Source: a virus (lineage: Duplodnaviria; Caudoviricetes). From it: 54,334 bases of DNA. The stretch spans positions 1 through 54,334 of the IMG/VR virus record IMGVR_UViG_3300036855_000036; one strand, written 5' to 3'. A model generated the notes under the pieces. The model searched no databases. It had not been told where the DNA came from and saw only the letters and a list, made by a program, of their open reading frames with translations. The translations under genes were made by a program, and so were the position numbers. Of the stretch, positions 46,004-54,334 are shown one piece after another (the first letter of the stretch is position 1; each line of letters begins with the position of its first letter).

Positions 46004-47592
46004 TGGACGCCCTCCGCGAGATCCTGCTGCCCCGCCTCGAGGGCATCCGCATGTCCGGCGGCTCGTACATGGCCCGCTGCCCCGCCCACGACGACGGCAA
46101 GGCCAGCCTGTCCGTAGCCGAGGGCAACGACCAGCCCGTCGTGCTCAACTGCCACGCCGGCTGCGACCCGGTGGACATCCTCGCCAAGCTCGGGCTCACC
46201 TGGGAAACCCTGTGCAGCCCCCGCGAGCAGGACCGGCCCGGCCGCGGTGAGTGGACGCCGCACGGCGAGGCCGTCGCCGTCTACGACTACACCGACGAGC
46301 AGGGCCAGATCCTGTTCCAGGTCTGCCGTACCGCCGACAAGCAGTTCCCGCAGCGCGTCCCCGACCGCACCCGCAAGAGCGGCTACCGCTGGAGCGTCGG
46401 CGACACCCGCCGCGTCCTGTACCGGCTGCCGAAGGTCATCGAGGCCGTGAAGGACGGCGAGCACGTCTGGGTGTGCGAGGGTGAGAAAGACGTGCACGCG
46501 CTCGAGCTGGCCGGCGTCACCGCCACGTGCAACCCCGGCGGCGCCGGCAAGTGGCGCCCCGAGTACGCCGAGTTCCTCCGCGACGTCATCGTGCACGTCG
46601 TCGCCGACAAGGACAAGCCCGGCCAGGCGCACGCCCGCCAGGTCGCCGCCAGCCTCGACGGCATCGCCGCCGGAGTCGAGATCCGCGAGGCCGCCGGAAC
46701 GCACAAGGACGCCGCCGCCCACCTCGCCGCGGGACTGACCCTCGCCGACCTCGAGGTGACGTGGGAATCCGGCGAGCCGCCCGCCGACCTCGCGCCCGAC
46801 CTGTACGAGTTCCTCGCCGTCGCGGACCCCGGCTACGACTGGGTCATACCCGGCCTGCTCGAGCGCGGCGACCGGCTCATCTGGACCGGCTTCGAGGGAC
46901 TCGGCAAATCCGTCATCACGCGGCAGCTCGCCATCTGCGCCGCGGCCGGCTGGCACCCGTTCGAGAACCACGGCATCCCGCAGAAGCGCGTCCTGTTCAT
47001 CGACTGCGAGAACCCCGACCGCAAGAACCGGCGCCACTTCCGCGACCTGGCGCGCATCGCCACTGAAAACGGGATCCCGGTCCCGCCCGGCGCGTTCCGC
47101 ATCATCCAGCGTCCCGAGGGCGTCGACCTCACCCGCGAGGAAGACGCCGCATGGCTGCTCGAGCGCGTCACCGCCCACATGCCCGACCTGCTCGTGATCG
47201 GCCCGTTCTACCGGCTGCACGCCGCGGACGCCAACGAAGAGCAGGCGGCGCGGACCGTCGTCGCCGCCCTCGACGCCGCCCGCCTCAAGGCCGACTGCGC
47301 CGTCATCACCGAAGCCCACGCCGGCCACGGCCAGGGCAACTTCGCCCGCAGCGTGCGCCCGATCGGGTCAAGCCTGCTCATGCGCTGGCCGGAGTTCGGC
47401 TACGGCATCGCGCCGCACCCGGACGCGGAGAGGGACGACAGCGGGCGCTGCCGCCACGTCGAGGTCAAGGCGTGGCGCGGTCCCCGCGAGGAACGCCAGT
47501 GGCCGCGCGAGCTGGTCTGGGGCACCCACGAAAGGGACTGGCCGTGGATACCCGCCACCGCCTTCAACAAGCCCGCCAGGAGGTCCGCGTGA
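46003..47592 (+). CDS. Primase-helicase (Zn finger, Toprim, RecA-like helicase)
   Basis: CPAHDD...CHAGC, CEGEKD, DKDKPG, GFEGLGKS, FIDCEN. Confidence 0.9.
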   Translation: MDALREILLPRLEGIRMSGGSYMARCPAHDDGKASLSVAEGNDQPVVLNCHAGCDPVDILAKLGLTWETLCSPREQDRPGRGEWTPHGEAVAVYDYTDEQGQILFQVCRTADKQFPQRVPDRTRKSGYRWSVGDTRRVLYRLPKVIEAVKDGEHVWVCEGEKDVHALELAGVTATCNPGGAGKWRPEYAEFLRDVIVHVVADKDKPGQAHARQVAASLDGIAAGVEIREAAGTHKDAAAHLAAGLTLADLEVTWESGEPPADLAPDLYEFLAVADPGYDWVIPGLLERGDRLIWTGFEGLGKSVITRQLAICAAAGWHPFENHGIPQKRVLFIDCENPDRKNRRHFRDLARIATENGIPVPPGAFRIIQRPEGVDLTREEDAAWLLERVTAHMPDLLVIGPFYRLHAADANEEQAARTVVAALDAARLKADCAVITEAHAGHGQGNFARSVRPIGSSLLMRWPEFGYGIAPHPDAERDDSGRCRHVEVKAWRGPREERQWPRELVWGTHERDWPWIPATAFNKPARRSA

Positions 47593-47852
47593 ACGCGCTC
47601 ACCGACGCGTGCATGGCCTGCTTTCCCGGCGAGGCCGACGCCGCCATTCCGTCAGGCGCGCAAGCGGGCACGGACGGCACGCTGACCGCGGACTACACGT
47701 GCCCGCTGTGCGGCCTGGCATGGCGGACCACGTGGACGGTCGCGGCCGCCTGGCCGTCAGTCCGCATGTACAGGTCCCCGATTCCGCTCATGGACGAGGT
47801 GATCCGCCTCCTGGCCGACCTGCTCGAGGGCGAAGAACTGGAGGCCGCGTGA
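47589..47852 (+). CDS. Zn-ribbon hypothetical protein
   Basis: DACMAC...YTCPLCG..W. Confidence 0.6.
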   Translation: MNALTDACMACFPGEADAAIPSGAQAGTDGTLTADYTCPLCGLAWRTTWTVAAAWPSVRMYRSPIPLMDEVIRLLADLLEGEELEAA

Positions 47853-47977
47853 ATGCGCCGGGCACATGCCACGTGCCGGACTGCGGAAAGCCCGCGGAGC
47901 TTTACCCCGCCGGATGGCTGTGCGAAGACCACAAGCCGCAACACGGAATGCAATCCGAGAAAGCGAGAGCGAAATGA
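47849..47977 (+). CDS. Small Zn-finger protein
   Basis: CGKPAELYPAGWLCEDH. Confidence 0.5.
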   Translation: MNAPGTCHVPDCGKPAELYPAGWLCEDHKPQHGMQSEKARAK

Positions 47978-48573
47978 GCGAGGTATTTCCCGAGTCACCG
48001 CCCGCGCCCGTCAGCCCGGACCTGGAGTGCACCGTCTGCGCGTCCGGCGTGACGTCGCCGCACGGGGTGCCCGCGACGCCAGGGCAGGCGGCGTACGAGG
48101 CGCGCATGGCCTCCCGGGCTGCTCTGCTCGGCCACGCCTACGGCATCGGCCAGTTCAACAAGCCGTGGGCCGGACTGGACGAGCACGACCAGGCGCACGA
48201 GGAGGCCGGCGGCCTGGCCGCCGTCGCCGCCTTCGCCTCTGTCGCGCCGCCGGCACTCGTTGACGCGCTCGACGCCGTGCGGGAGCCGCACGCGGCGCCC
48301 GGCCCCGCTGGCTGCGAGTGCGGCCACGCGCAGACCGGCCACGCCTTCAGCGACGACGTGTGCGCGGTCCCGGACTGCCCGTGCCCCGGCTACACCCACA
48401 CGCCGCAGCCCGCGCCCGAGCTGGCCGCCGCGACGGCCGTCCTGCGGCGCGTCCTGGAATGGTTCCCGGTCACCGGCACCCGCAACGAGGCCAGCGCCAC
48501 CCGCGCCCAGCTCGCCCACGCGTACCGCGACGGCGGGCTGACCGTGCCCGAAGAGTTGCGGAGGTTCCTGTGA
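47974..48573 (+). CDS. Hypothetical protein
   Basis: Coupled chain; TPGQAAYEAR domain. Confidence 0.6.
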   Translation: MSEVFPESPPAPVSPDLECTVCASGVTSPHGVPATPGQAAYEARMASRAALLGHAYGIGQFNKPWAGLDEHDQAHEEAGGLAAVAAFASVAPPALVDALDAVREPHAAPGPAGCECGHAQTGHAFSDDVCAVPDCPCPGYTHTPQPAPELAAATAVLRRVLEWFPVTGTRNEASATRAQLAHAYRDGGLTVPEELRRFL

Positions 48574-48899
48574 GCGGCGAGACGGCCGGGCAGCAGGCGT
48601 ACGAGGCGCGCTACGCCGCAATGGCCGCTCGTCTCGGACAGGACGAATTCAGCTGGGAATGGGACGAGGTCGACCCCGGCAACCGCGCCGACTGGGAAGC
48701 CGCCGCCGCGGCCGTCGAGACCGACCAGGTCCGCCTCGCCCGCGAGGACCGCGACCAGCTCCGCAAGCGCGTGCTCGACCTCGCCGCCGAGCTTGAGGAC
48801 GAGGCGGCGAGCCTCAGCGCCACGGGCGTCACCAGGGGCAACCGCCTTCGCCATGAGACCGCCGCGAAGCTCCGCCACGCAGCCGAGCCGCCGTCATGA
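48570..48899 (+). CDS. Hypothetical protein
   Basis: Coupled chain; TAGQQAYEAR domain. Confidence 0.6.
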   Translation: MSGETAGQQAYEARYAAMAARLGQDEFSWEWDEVDPGNRADWEAAAAAVETDQVRLAREDRDQLRKRVLDLAAELEDEAASLSATGVTRGNRLRHETAAKLRHAAEPPS

Positions 48900-49015
48900 C
48901 CTGCGAGAAGTGCGGCAACCAGTGCGAGAGCAGCCCGTGCGACCACTGCAAGCGGCTGCTCGAAGACCTGAAAGACAAGTAACCGCCGAACCGTCCCAGC
49001 CGAAGGAGAACCACT

Positions 49016-49360
49016 GTGACCATGACCCCCATCGCGGACGATGCCGACCGGGCCGCCCGTCACCGCAACGGCCGCCGTTCCCGTTCCCGCCTAGAGGCAG
49101 CCCAGGAGGCGGCGGCAGCGGCCGCGCGGGCAGCGGAGGCCGCCGCCGTCGCAGCCGAGACGGCCGCCGCCGAGATGCGGGAGGCGCGCGCTAACCCGCT
49201 GGTCGCCGCCCTCGACGCGGAGAGCCTCGGCGCGGGCCTGTCCGACGGCGACCGGGAGGCCATCCTGCACATGGTGCGGTCCCTGGAGTCCCGCCCCGTG
49301 CCGCCGCTGCCGCAGCGCCAGCCGAACGGGACCGGCGCGCAGCCCGCCGTGAGGTTGTGA
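49016..49360 (+). CDS. Hypothetical protein
   Basis: AAGGAG SD. Confidence 0.6.
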   Translation: MTMTPIADDADRAARHRNGRRSRSRLEAAQEAAAAAARAAEAAAVAAETAAAEMREARANPLVAALDAESLGAGLSDGDREAILHMVRSLESRPVPPLPQRQPNGTGAQPAVRL

Positions 49361-49908
49361 TGAGCCGGTACGGCGACGACTACGGCGGCGAGGATTTCCC
49401 GGGTCAGTACGCCCTGTGGCAGGCGAACTACGAACGGGCACTCAAGGGCAAGCGGGGCCGGCAAGCGCTCCGCGACCTGCGCGAGGCCCTGCTGGCACTC
49501 CCCGAGAAGAAGCTCATCGAGGGCGCGCTGTGCACCGTGAACCCGGCCACGCGGCTGCGGGACGTCCCCGAAGACTCCTGGCGTTACCGGGACCTTTCCG
49601 AGGCGCTCGGCGGCAAGGGCGAGGGCGTCTGCGCGATCGGCGCGCTGCTCTGGCACCGGAAGGTCAAGGCGGGCGCGGATCCGTCTGAGGCGTTCGACTC
49701 GCTGCCCACGCTTGAGGACAGCAATTACGGGCTCGACGACACCGCGAGCCTGGCGGTCAGTGACGCGGGGATCGCGTACTCGCTCGCCTGGGCGCTCGCG
49801 TGCAAGAACGACGAGACCTACCGGCGGATGACCCCGGAGGAGCGCTACACGGCGTTCATGGCGTGGATCGACGCCGAGCTTGGCGACCGCGCCGGACTGC
49901 CGTCATGA
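49357..49908 (+). CDS. Conserved phage hypothetical protein
   Basis: ALKGKRGRQALRDLREALLALPEKKLI, CAIGA, TPEERY. Confidence 0.7.
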   Translation: MMSRYGDDYGGEDFPGQYALWQANYERALKGKRGRQALRDLREALLALPEKKLIEGALCTVNPATRLRDVPEDSWRYRDLSEALGGKGEGVCAIGALLWHRKVKAGADPSEAFDSLPTLEDSNYGLDDTASLAVSDAGIAYSLAWALACKNDETYRRMTPEERYTAFMAWIDAELGDRAGLPS

Positions 49909-50537
49909 CCGGCTGCCTCGCGCCGCGCCACGACGAGCCGGAGCCCGCCGAGCCCGGCGCCCGCCTGTGCCGCCCGTGCACCGCCGGCATGACCCGCGAC
50001 CTGCGCCGCCTCCCGGCGCTCTACGCGGGCCTGGCCGAGCTGCTCGACCCGCGCGTCACCGGCGACGGCCACGGCCAGGGCGACGGGCTCCCGTACAACG
50101 ACGCCGCCGCCGAGGCCATGAGCCAGGTCCGCCACGACCTCCAGGTCTGGGCGCACCAGGTCATCAACGAACGCCAGCCCGCCGCGTGGCCGGTGCCGAC
50201 AGTGCCCGCGCTGGCCGGGTGGCTCGCCGGGCAGGCCCGCTGGGCGTCGTTCCGCCCGTGGGCCGGCGACATGGCCGGGGCCATCGCCGCTGACCGGGGC
50301 CGTGCCGTCGCGCTCCTCGACCCGCGCCCGGCGGTGCGGATCAGCGTCCCGGCGGCGCTGAACCGCTGCCCCAGGTGCGAGGCCGCCGGGGGCCTGGCCG
50401 CCGTCGTCTACACCGGCGTCGCCGACCCGCGCCCGAGCCTGGTCGGCTGCTCGGGCTGCGGTCACGAGTGGGACGCCACCCAGTGGCTGAAACTCGGCCG
50501 CGACATCCTCCGCAACTCCGAAGCAAAGGCGGCCTGA
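49905..50537 (+). CDS. Zn-binding protein, possible late transcription regulator
   Basis: LCRPC, CPRC...CSGCGHEW; position near end of early operon. Confidence 0.55.
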   Translation: MTGCLAPRHDEPEPAEPGARLCRPCTAGMTRDLRRLPALYAGLAELLDPRVTGDGHGQGDGLPYNDAAAEAMSQVRHDLQVWAHQVINERQPAAWPVPTVPALAGWLAGQARWASFRPWAGDMAGAIAADRGRAVALLDPRPAVRISVPAALNRCPRCEAAGGLAAVVYTGVADPRPSLVGCSGCGHEWDATQWLKLGRDILRNSEAKAA

Positions 50538-50539
50538 CC

Positions 50540-50758
50540 ATGACCAGACAGGAACACCTCGCGTGGGCCAAGGAACGCGCCATCGAGTACGCCGACCGGG
50601 GCGAGGTCGGCAACGCGGTCGCGTCACTCACGTCAGACCTCGGCAAGCACCCGGAGACGGCAGGCCACTCCGGCCTTGAGCTGATGGGGATGCTGGCCGT
50701 GACCGGCAACCTCAAGCAGCCGGGCGAGCTGCGCCGGTTCATTGAAGGGTTCAACTGA
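50540..50758 (+). CDS. Hypothetical protein
   Basis: MTRQEHLAWAKERAIEY...SDLGKHPET...FIEGFN. Confidence 0.7.
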   Translation: MTRQEHLAWAKERAIEYADRGEVGNAVASLTSDLGKHPETAGHSGLELMGMLAVTGNLKQPGELRRFIEGFN

Positions 50759-50759
50759 C

Positions 50760-51137
50760 ATGCTCGGCGCCTACACCGATGAGGAGGTCGCCCGCGTCGT
50801 CCACGAGGCGAACCGGGCCGTCCAGGACATCGACGGCGACGAGTGCCCGTCACCCCCGTGGGCGTCCGAGGACCCCGCCGTCCGCGCCCTCACGATCCGG
50901 GGCGTGCGCCTCGCCCGCGCCGGGCTGCCCGCGCAGGCGCTCCACGACGCGTGGTGCGACGGCAAGCGCGCCCAGGGCTGGGTTTACGGGCCCGTCAAGG
51001 ACCGAACCTTGAAGACCCATCCGTGCCTGCTCCCCTACGCGCAGCTACCTGAGCGGCAGCAGGCCAAGGACCGGATCCTCCGCGCCGTCACCGTGGCGCT
51101 GACCGCGCAGGCGCAGCGGATGCGGGCCGTCTCGTGA
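50760..51137 (+). CDS. RyR-domain protein
   Basis: HDAW....GWVYGPVKD...KTHPCLLPY..LP..Q.AKD. Confidence 0.8.
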   Translation: MLGAYTDEEVARVVHEANRAVQDIDGDECPSPPWASEDPAVRALTIRGVRLARAGLPAQALHDAWCDGKRAQGWVYGPVKDRTLKTHPCLLPYAQLPERQQAKDRILRAVTVALTAQAQRMRAVS

Positions 51138-51907
51138 ACCCGTACTACGCCGACGATGCGCTCGCGCTCTACCACGGCGACTGCCGGCAAGTGCTGCAAG
51201 AGATCGAGGTCCGCGCCGACTGCATCGTCACTGACCCGCCATATGGCGAGACGTCGCATGCGTGGGACCGCTGGCCTGACGGCTGGCTTGACGTCGCCGC
51301 GAAGGCTTCGCGGTCGCTGTGGTGCTTCGGGTCGCTGCGGATGTTCGGCGAGCACTGGCAGGAGTTCACGGCGGCCGGCTGGAAGCTCAGCCAGGACATC
51401 ATCTGGGAGAAGCACAACGGGTCCGGGTTCGCCGCCGACAGGTTCCGCCGCGTCCACGAGCATGCGACGCACTGGTACCGGGGGCCGTGGTCCGCCGTTC
51501 GTCATGAGGTGCCGCGCGTGTCCTACGACGGGCCGGACAACAACCGTGCCGGGAAGCGTCGCTCGCAGCCTGCGCACACCGGGACGATCGGGAACTCCGG
51601 GTACACCTCCAATGATCGGCTCATGCGGTCCGTCATCAAGGCGCCCAAGCCGCACCGGGGCATCGCCGTCCACCGGAGCGAGAAGCCGCCTGCGGTGCTG
51701 GCCGCGATGATCGCCTACGGGTGCGCGCCCGGCGGCCTGGTGGCCGACCTGTTCGCAGGCGGCGGCTCGTCGCTGGAAGCGGCCCGTAACCTCGGCTGCC
51801 GCGCCATAGGAATCGAGCTTGACGAGGAAGCCTGCGAGAAAGCCGCACGGCGGCTGTCGCAGGGCGCGATCGACCTGAACCCACCGCTACAGAAGGCAAC
51901 GCCATGA
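51134..51907 (+). CDS. DNA N6-adenine/N4-cytosine methyltransferase (beta class)
   Basis: LYHGDC, TDPPY, HRSEKP, DLFAGGGS, AIGIE. Confidence 0.92.
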   Translation: MNPYYADDALALYHGDCRQVLQEIEVRADCIVTDPPYGETSHAWDRWPDGWLDVAAKASRSLWCFGSLRMFGEHWQEFTAAGWKLSQDIIWEKHNGSGFAADRFRRVHEHATHWYRGPWSAVRHEVPRVSYDGPDNNRAGKRRSQPAHTGTIGNSGYTSNDRLMRSVIKAPKPHRGIAVHRSEKPPAVLAAMIAYGCAPGGLVADLFAGGGSSLEAARNLGCRAIGIELDEEACEKAARRLSQGAIDLNPPLQKATP

Positions 51908-52446
51908 CCTTGCAAGCGATCCTCAAGCCGGGCGACGTCCTCGCCGTCCGCGGCGACGGCCTGGCCGCCGAGCTCATCCGCGTCGGCGAGGAGCTGACCG
52001 GCAAGCCCGGCCTAGACAACCACATCGCAATTTTCCATCACTGGCAGGGCGACGTCCCGTGGGGGCTTGAGGGCAAGCCGGGCGGCGTCGGCTGGCAGGA
52101 TCTCCGCTCGTACATCGCCAGCCCCTACACGCTGGACAACTGCGCCCAGCCGGGCCGCACGGACGCGGTGCGGGCGCAGGTCGCCGCCGAGGCGCAGCAC
52201 ATGCTCGGCACCGCCTACGACTGGGAGGCGATCACCGACGACACGCTGCGCGCGTTCCGCATGGGCGACCTGTTCAGCTCGACGGTCAACGGCACGGTGC
52301 CCGGTCACGTGGTGTGCAGTAGCTTCGCCGCGTTCCTGTACAAGCTGTACGGCTGGGCATGCCCGCAGGTGCCGGACCGCGACTGCGAGCCGGCCGACTG
52401 GTGCGCGCTGATCATGGAGCGCGGCTGGAACGTGAAGCTGCGGTGA
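51904..52446 (+). CDS. Permuted papain-like NlpC/P60 (YiiX-like) enzyme
   Basis: LKPGDVL, NHIAI, LGTAYDW, VCSSFAA (His before Cys). Confidence 0.7.
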   Translation: MTLQAILKPGDVLAVRGDGLAAELIRVGEELTGKPGLDNHIAIFHHWQGDVPWGLEGKPGGVGWQDLRSYIASPYTLDNCAQPGRTDAVRAQVAAEAQHMLGTAYDWEAITDDTLRAFRMGDLFSSTVNGTVPGHVVCSSFAAFLYKLYGWACPQVPDRDCEPADWCALIMERGWNVKLR

Positions 52447-53105
52447 GCGTCGCCATCGACGACTGCACCCGCGTCTACGCGGTGCACGGCAAGATGGCGC
52501 ACCTGCTGGCGCCAGGGGAAAGCCCCAACCTCGGGTACGCGTTCACCTTGTGCCGCAGGCAGCCCCGCCTGTTCACGTCGTGGCTCGGGACTGGCAGCCA
52601 GGGCGAGTACGACCGGGCCGCCGAGCTGCCGCTGTGCAGCCGGTGCGCGGAGAAAGGCGGGGACGCGGTGACCGATGCCCGTCCCTTACCTGCCGCTCGC
52701 CGACCTCGCGAAGATCTACCGCGTCCACCCGCGCACCGCGCGCCGCTGGGCAGCGGAAGACCGCTGGCGGCGCACCGGCACCCGGCCAGTCCGCTACTCG
52801 CTGGCCGACGCGCAGCAGTCCTACGAGCAGCGCCACACCGGGCGCACGGCCGCGCACCTGGCAGGCAAGTACGGCGACGCCGATGGCGGGTGACGAGTGA
52901 AGCCGCGCCTCCTGATATCCGGCATACCAGGCACCGGGAAAACCATCATCGGGCTGGCCTGCTCAGTAGCGGCACTGTGCCTGATCTGAAGGCTGTTGCG
53001 CATGGTGCTTGCGCACGGCTTGACACGATGGCATCATCAGCCTCATACAGTAGCCGGACGTGTCCCCAGGACGCCGTTCGGCTTTTGCCTTGTCCGGGGA
53101 AGTGA
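52443..53105 (+). CDS. Hypothetical Zn-binding protein; only first ~75 codons credible
   Basis: GTGA-coupled start; AHLL..LC..W.GTG..LPLCSRC; tail overlaps the next gene out of frame. Confidence 0.4.
   Translation: MSVAIDDCTRVYAVHGKMAHLLAPGESPNLGYAFTLCRRQPRLFTSWLGTGSQGEYDRAAELPLCSRCAEKGGDAVTDARPLPAARRPREDLPRPPAHRAPLGSGRPLAAHRHPASPLLAGRRAAVLRAAPHRAHGRAPGRQVRRRRWRVTSEAAPPDIRHTRHRENHHRAGLLSSGTVPDLKAVAHGACARLDTMASSASYSSRTCPQDAVRLLPCPGK
52675..52893 (+). CDS. HTH DNA-binding protein (MerR/excisionase-like)
   Basis: LADLAKIYRVHPRTARRWA...RYSLADA. Confidence 0.7.
   Translation: MPVPYLPLADLAKIYRVHPRTARRWAAEDRWRRTGTRPVRYSLADAQQSYEQRHTGRTAAHLAGKYGDADGG
53020..53086 (+). promoter_or_regulatory. Putative late promoter followed by terminator-like hairpin
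   Basis: TTGACA-20-TACAGT; stem AGCCGGACG/CGTTCGGCT then TTT. Confidence 0.45.
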
Positions 53106-53107
53106 CC

Positions 53108-53420
53108 ATGGCTGAGCTGGCGCTCAGGGACGGCTACACGCCACCGGGTGACCTGCCTCGCGGCGAGTTCCCACAGCACGCTCCTGGACGACGGAAGCAT
53201 GCGCATCGACCATGCCGACCCGCGCATCCTGATCAGCGCCGAGCTCATCGACCAGGTAGCGTTCCGCACCTGCGTTGACGTCGAGCTTGACCTGAGTCAC
53301 GCCGCAGACGGCCATGTCGGCGCGCTGCTGAAGATCAGCGCCGTCAACCGCACGGTCATCTACCGCATCGCCGAGTACGTCCCGGCCATCCACGGCTACA
53401 TCGCCGAGTGGCCCGACTGA
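53108..53420 (+). pseudogene. Hypothetical gene with a 1-nt frameshift near 53170
   Basis: MAELALRDGYTPPGDLPRGEF joins HSTLLDDGSMRIDHADPRILIS if one C of TTCCC is removed. Confidence 0.5.
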
Positions 53421-53432
53421 CGGAGGCAAGCC

Positions 53433-53627
53433 ATGGCTGACACCGGGCTGCGCTGCGAGGCTGCACCTCGCCATCGCTGGCGCGTCGGCCGCTACCAGGT
53501 CGAGTACCACCATGGCCGCTGGGGAATCAACGACGGCTGCAAGGGCGTAGGCGGGCACAGGTCACCCGTCGGCGCATGGCTCGCTCTCAGGCGCTGGCAG
53601 CGCACGCCGTCGCTGCCCTGCGAGTAG
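53433..53627 (+). CDS. Hypothetical protein
   Basis: GGAGG SD. Confidence 0.5.
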   Translation: MADTGLRCEAAPRHRWRVGRYQVEYHHGRWGINDGCKGVGGHRSPVGAWLALRRWQRTPSLPCE

Positions 53628-53629
53628 TC

Positions 53630-53950
53630 GTGCCGCCCACCCGCCGCGACTACCAGCGGTACGCGCGCAAGGGCACGACCACCCAGCGCGGCTACGGCTC
53701 GCCACATCAGGCTGAGCGCGAGCGCAGGCTGCGCCTCTACCGGCCCGGCGACGCGTGCGCTCACTGCGGGCAGCCGATCCTGTGGCCGCCGTCAGTGGTG
53801 CGCCGCTTCGTGGACCTGCCGCACAATGCCGACCGCAGCGGCTACCTGCCCGGCCTCGCGCACAGGTCATGCAACCGCGCTGACGGGGCGCGCACGGCCA
53901 ACCGGATGCGCGGGCTGGCCAGGCAGTGGCAGCAGGCGCGGCGCTGGTAG
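53630..53950 (+). CDS. Packaging-associated HNH protein (HK97 gp74-like)
   Basis: RGYGSPHQ, CAHCGQPI, DLPH, AHRSCNR; last gene before terS. Confidence 0.75.
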   Translation: MPPTRRDYQRYARKGTTTQRGYGSPHQAERERRLRLYRPGDACAHCGQPILWPPSVVRRFVDLPHNADRSGYLPGLAHRSCNRADGARTANRMRGLARQWQQARRW

Positions 53951-54207
53951 CTGGCGCGCGCGCTGACCTGCCTGCGCTCGCAGCGGTACGCGCGACGGCA
54001 GGCGGGCAGGCACGGCAGGCGGTCACCGGCAGTGACCACGGTCAGCGGTGACCACCCGTCATGGTCATCAGTGACCACCCGCAGGCTGATCGACCACCCT
54101 TGGCGGAGCGCCGATCTAGCGCGCTGACCTGCGCAGATAGACCGTGGTCGAATCGCGGATCGCAAACCGGACATACTGCCGACTCCGCAGCCAATCTTTT
54201 TTTGCAC

Positions 54208-54334
54208 GACGCCACGCTTGTCCCGGGACGGTGACCGCCCGTGACCACACGGAGGGGGCATGGGGAAATCCTGCGCCGACTGCGGCCGTTCGTTCGAGGC
54301 TAAGCGGCTGTCGGCGAAATACTGCTCGGACCTG
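54208..54334. repeat. Terminal direct repeat (assembly overlap), copy 2
   Basis: Identical to 1-127. Confidence 0.95.

Noticed and set aside
44445-51907. Type II restriction-modification pair
   Set aside because: Nuclease and MTase are 6 kb apart in different contexts; both occur singly in phages
54208-54334. 127-bp repeat as a biological terminal repeat
   Set aside because: Length equals a common assembly k-mer and it cuts through terS; HK97-type genes suggest cos ends
1-54334. Diversity-generating retroelement, retron, intein or IS
   Set aside because: No reverse transcriptase motif, TR/VR pair, intein termini or transposase seen

Overview
This window is a complete, circularly permuted genome of a high-GC temperate siphovirus of Actinomycetes. 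Bases 1-127 equal 54208-54334, so the unit length is about 54,207 bp. The host is probably filamentous, inferred from BldC, WhiB and TraB homologues. Gene order: packaging (TerS, a two-gene split TerL, HK97 portal/protease/capsid), a head-tail region with two glycosyltransferases and a methyltransferase, tail (frameshifted chaperone, tape measure with SLT domain), lysis (holins, a PLD-family enzyme, GH25-like endolysin), a leftward operon resembling the actinomycete TraB/Spd/Kor conjugation module, attP plus large serine integrase, a cI/cro switch, and early genes (BldC, WhiB, RecET, replication initiator with iterons, primase-helicase, DNA MTase). Most unusual: (1) an apparently intact FtsK/TraB-type DNA-transfer module inside a tailed phage; (2) an HNH gene that has inserted into bldC, captured its N-terminus and supplies a recoded replacement 5' end; (3) AT-rich synonymously recoded patches at conserved capsid motifs next to a hairpin-controlled HNH gene; (4) a split terminase followed by a highly structured intergenic RNA candidate; (5) a phospholipase-D-family gene inside the lysis cassette; (6) an orphan Phd antitoxin-lipoprotein moron. 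All calls come from motif recognition by eye; no searches were run.
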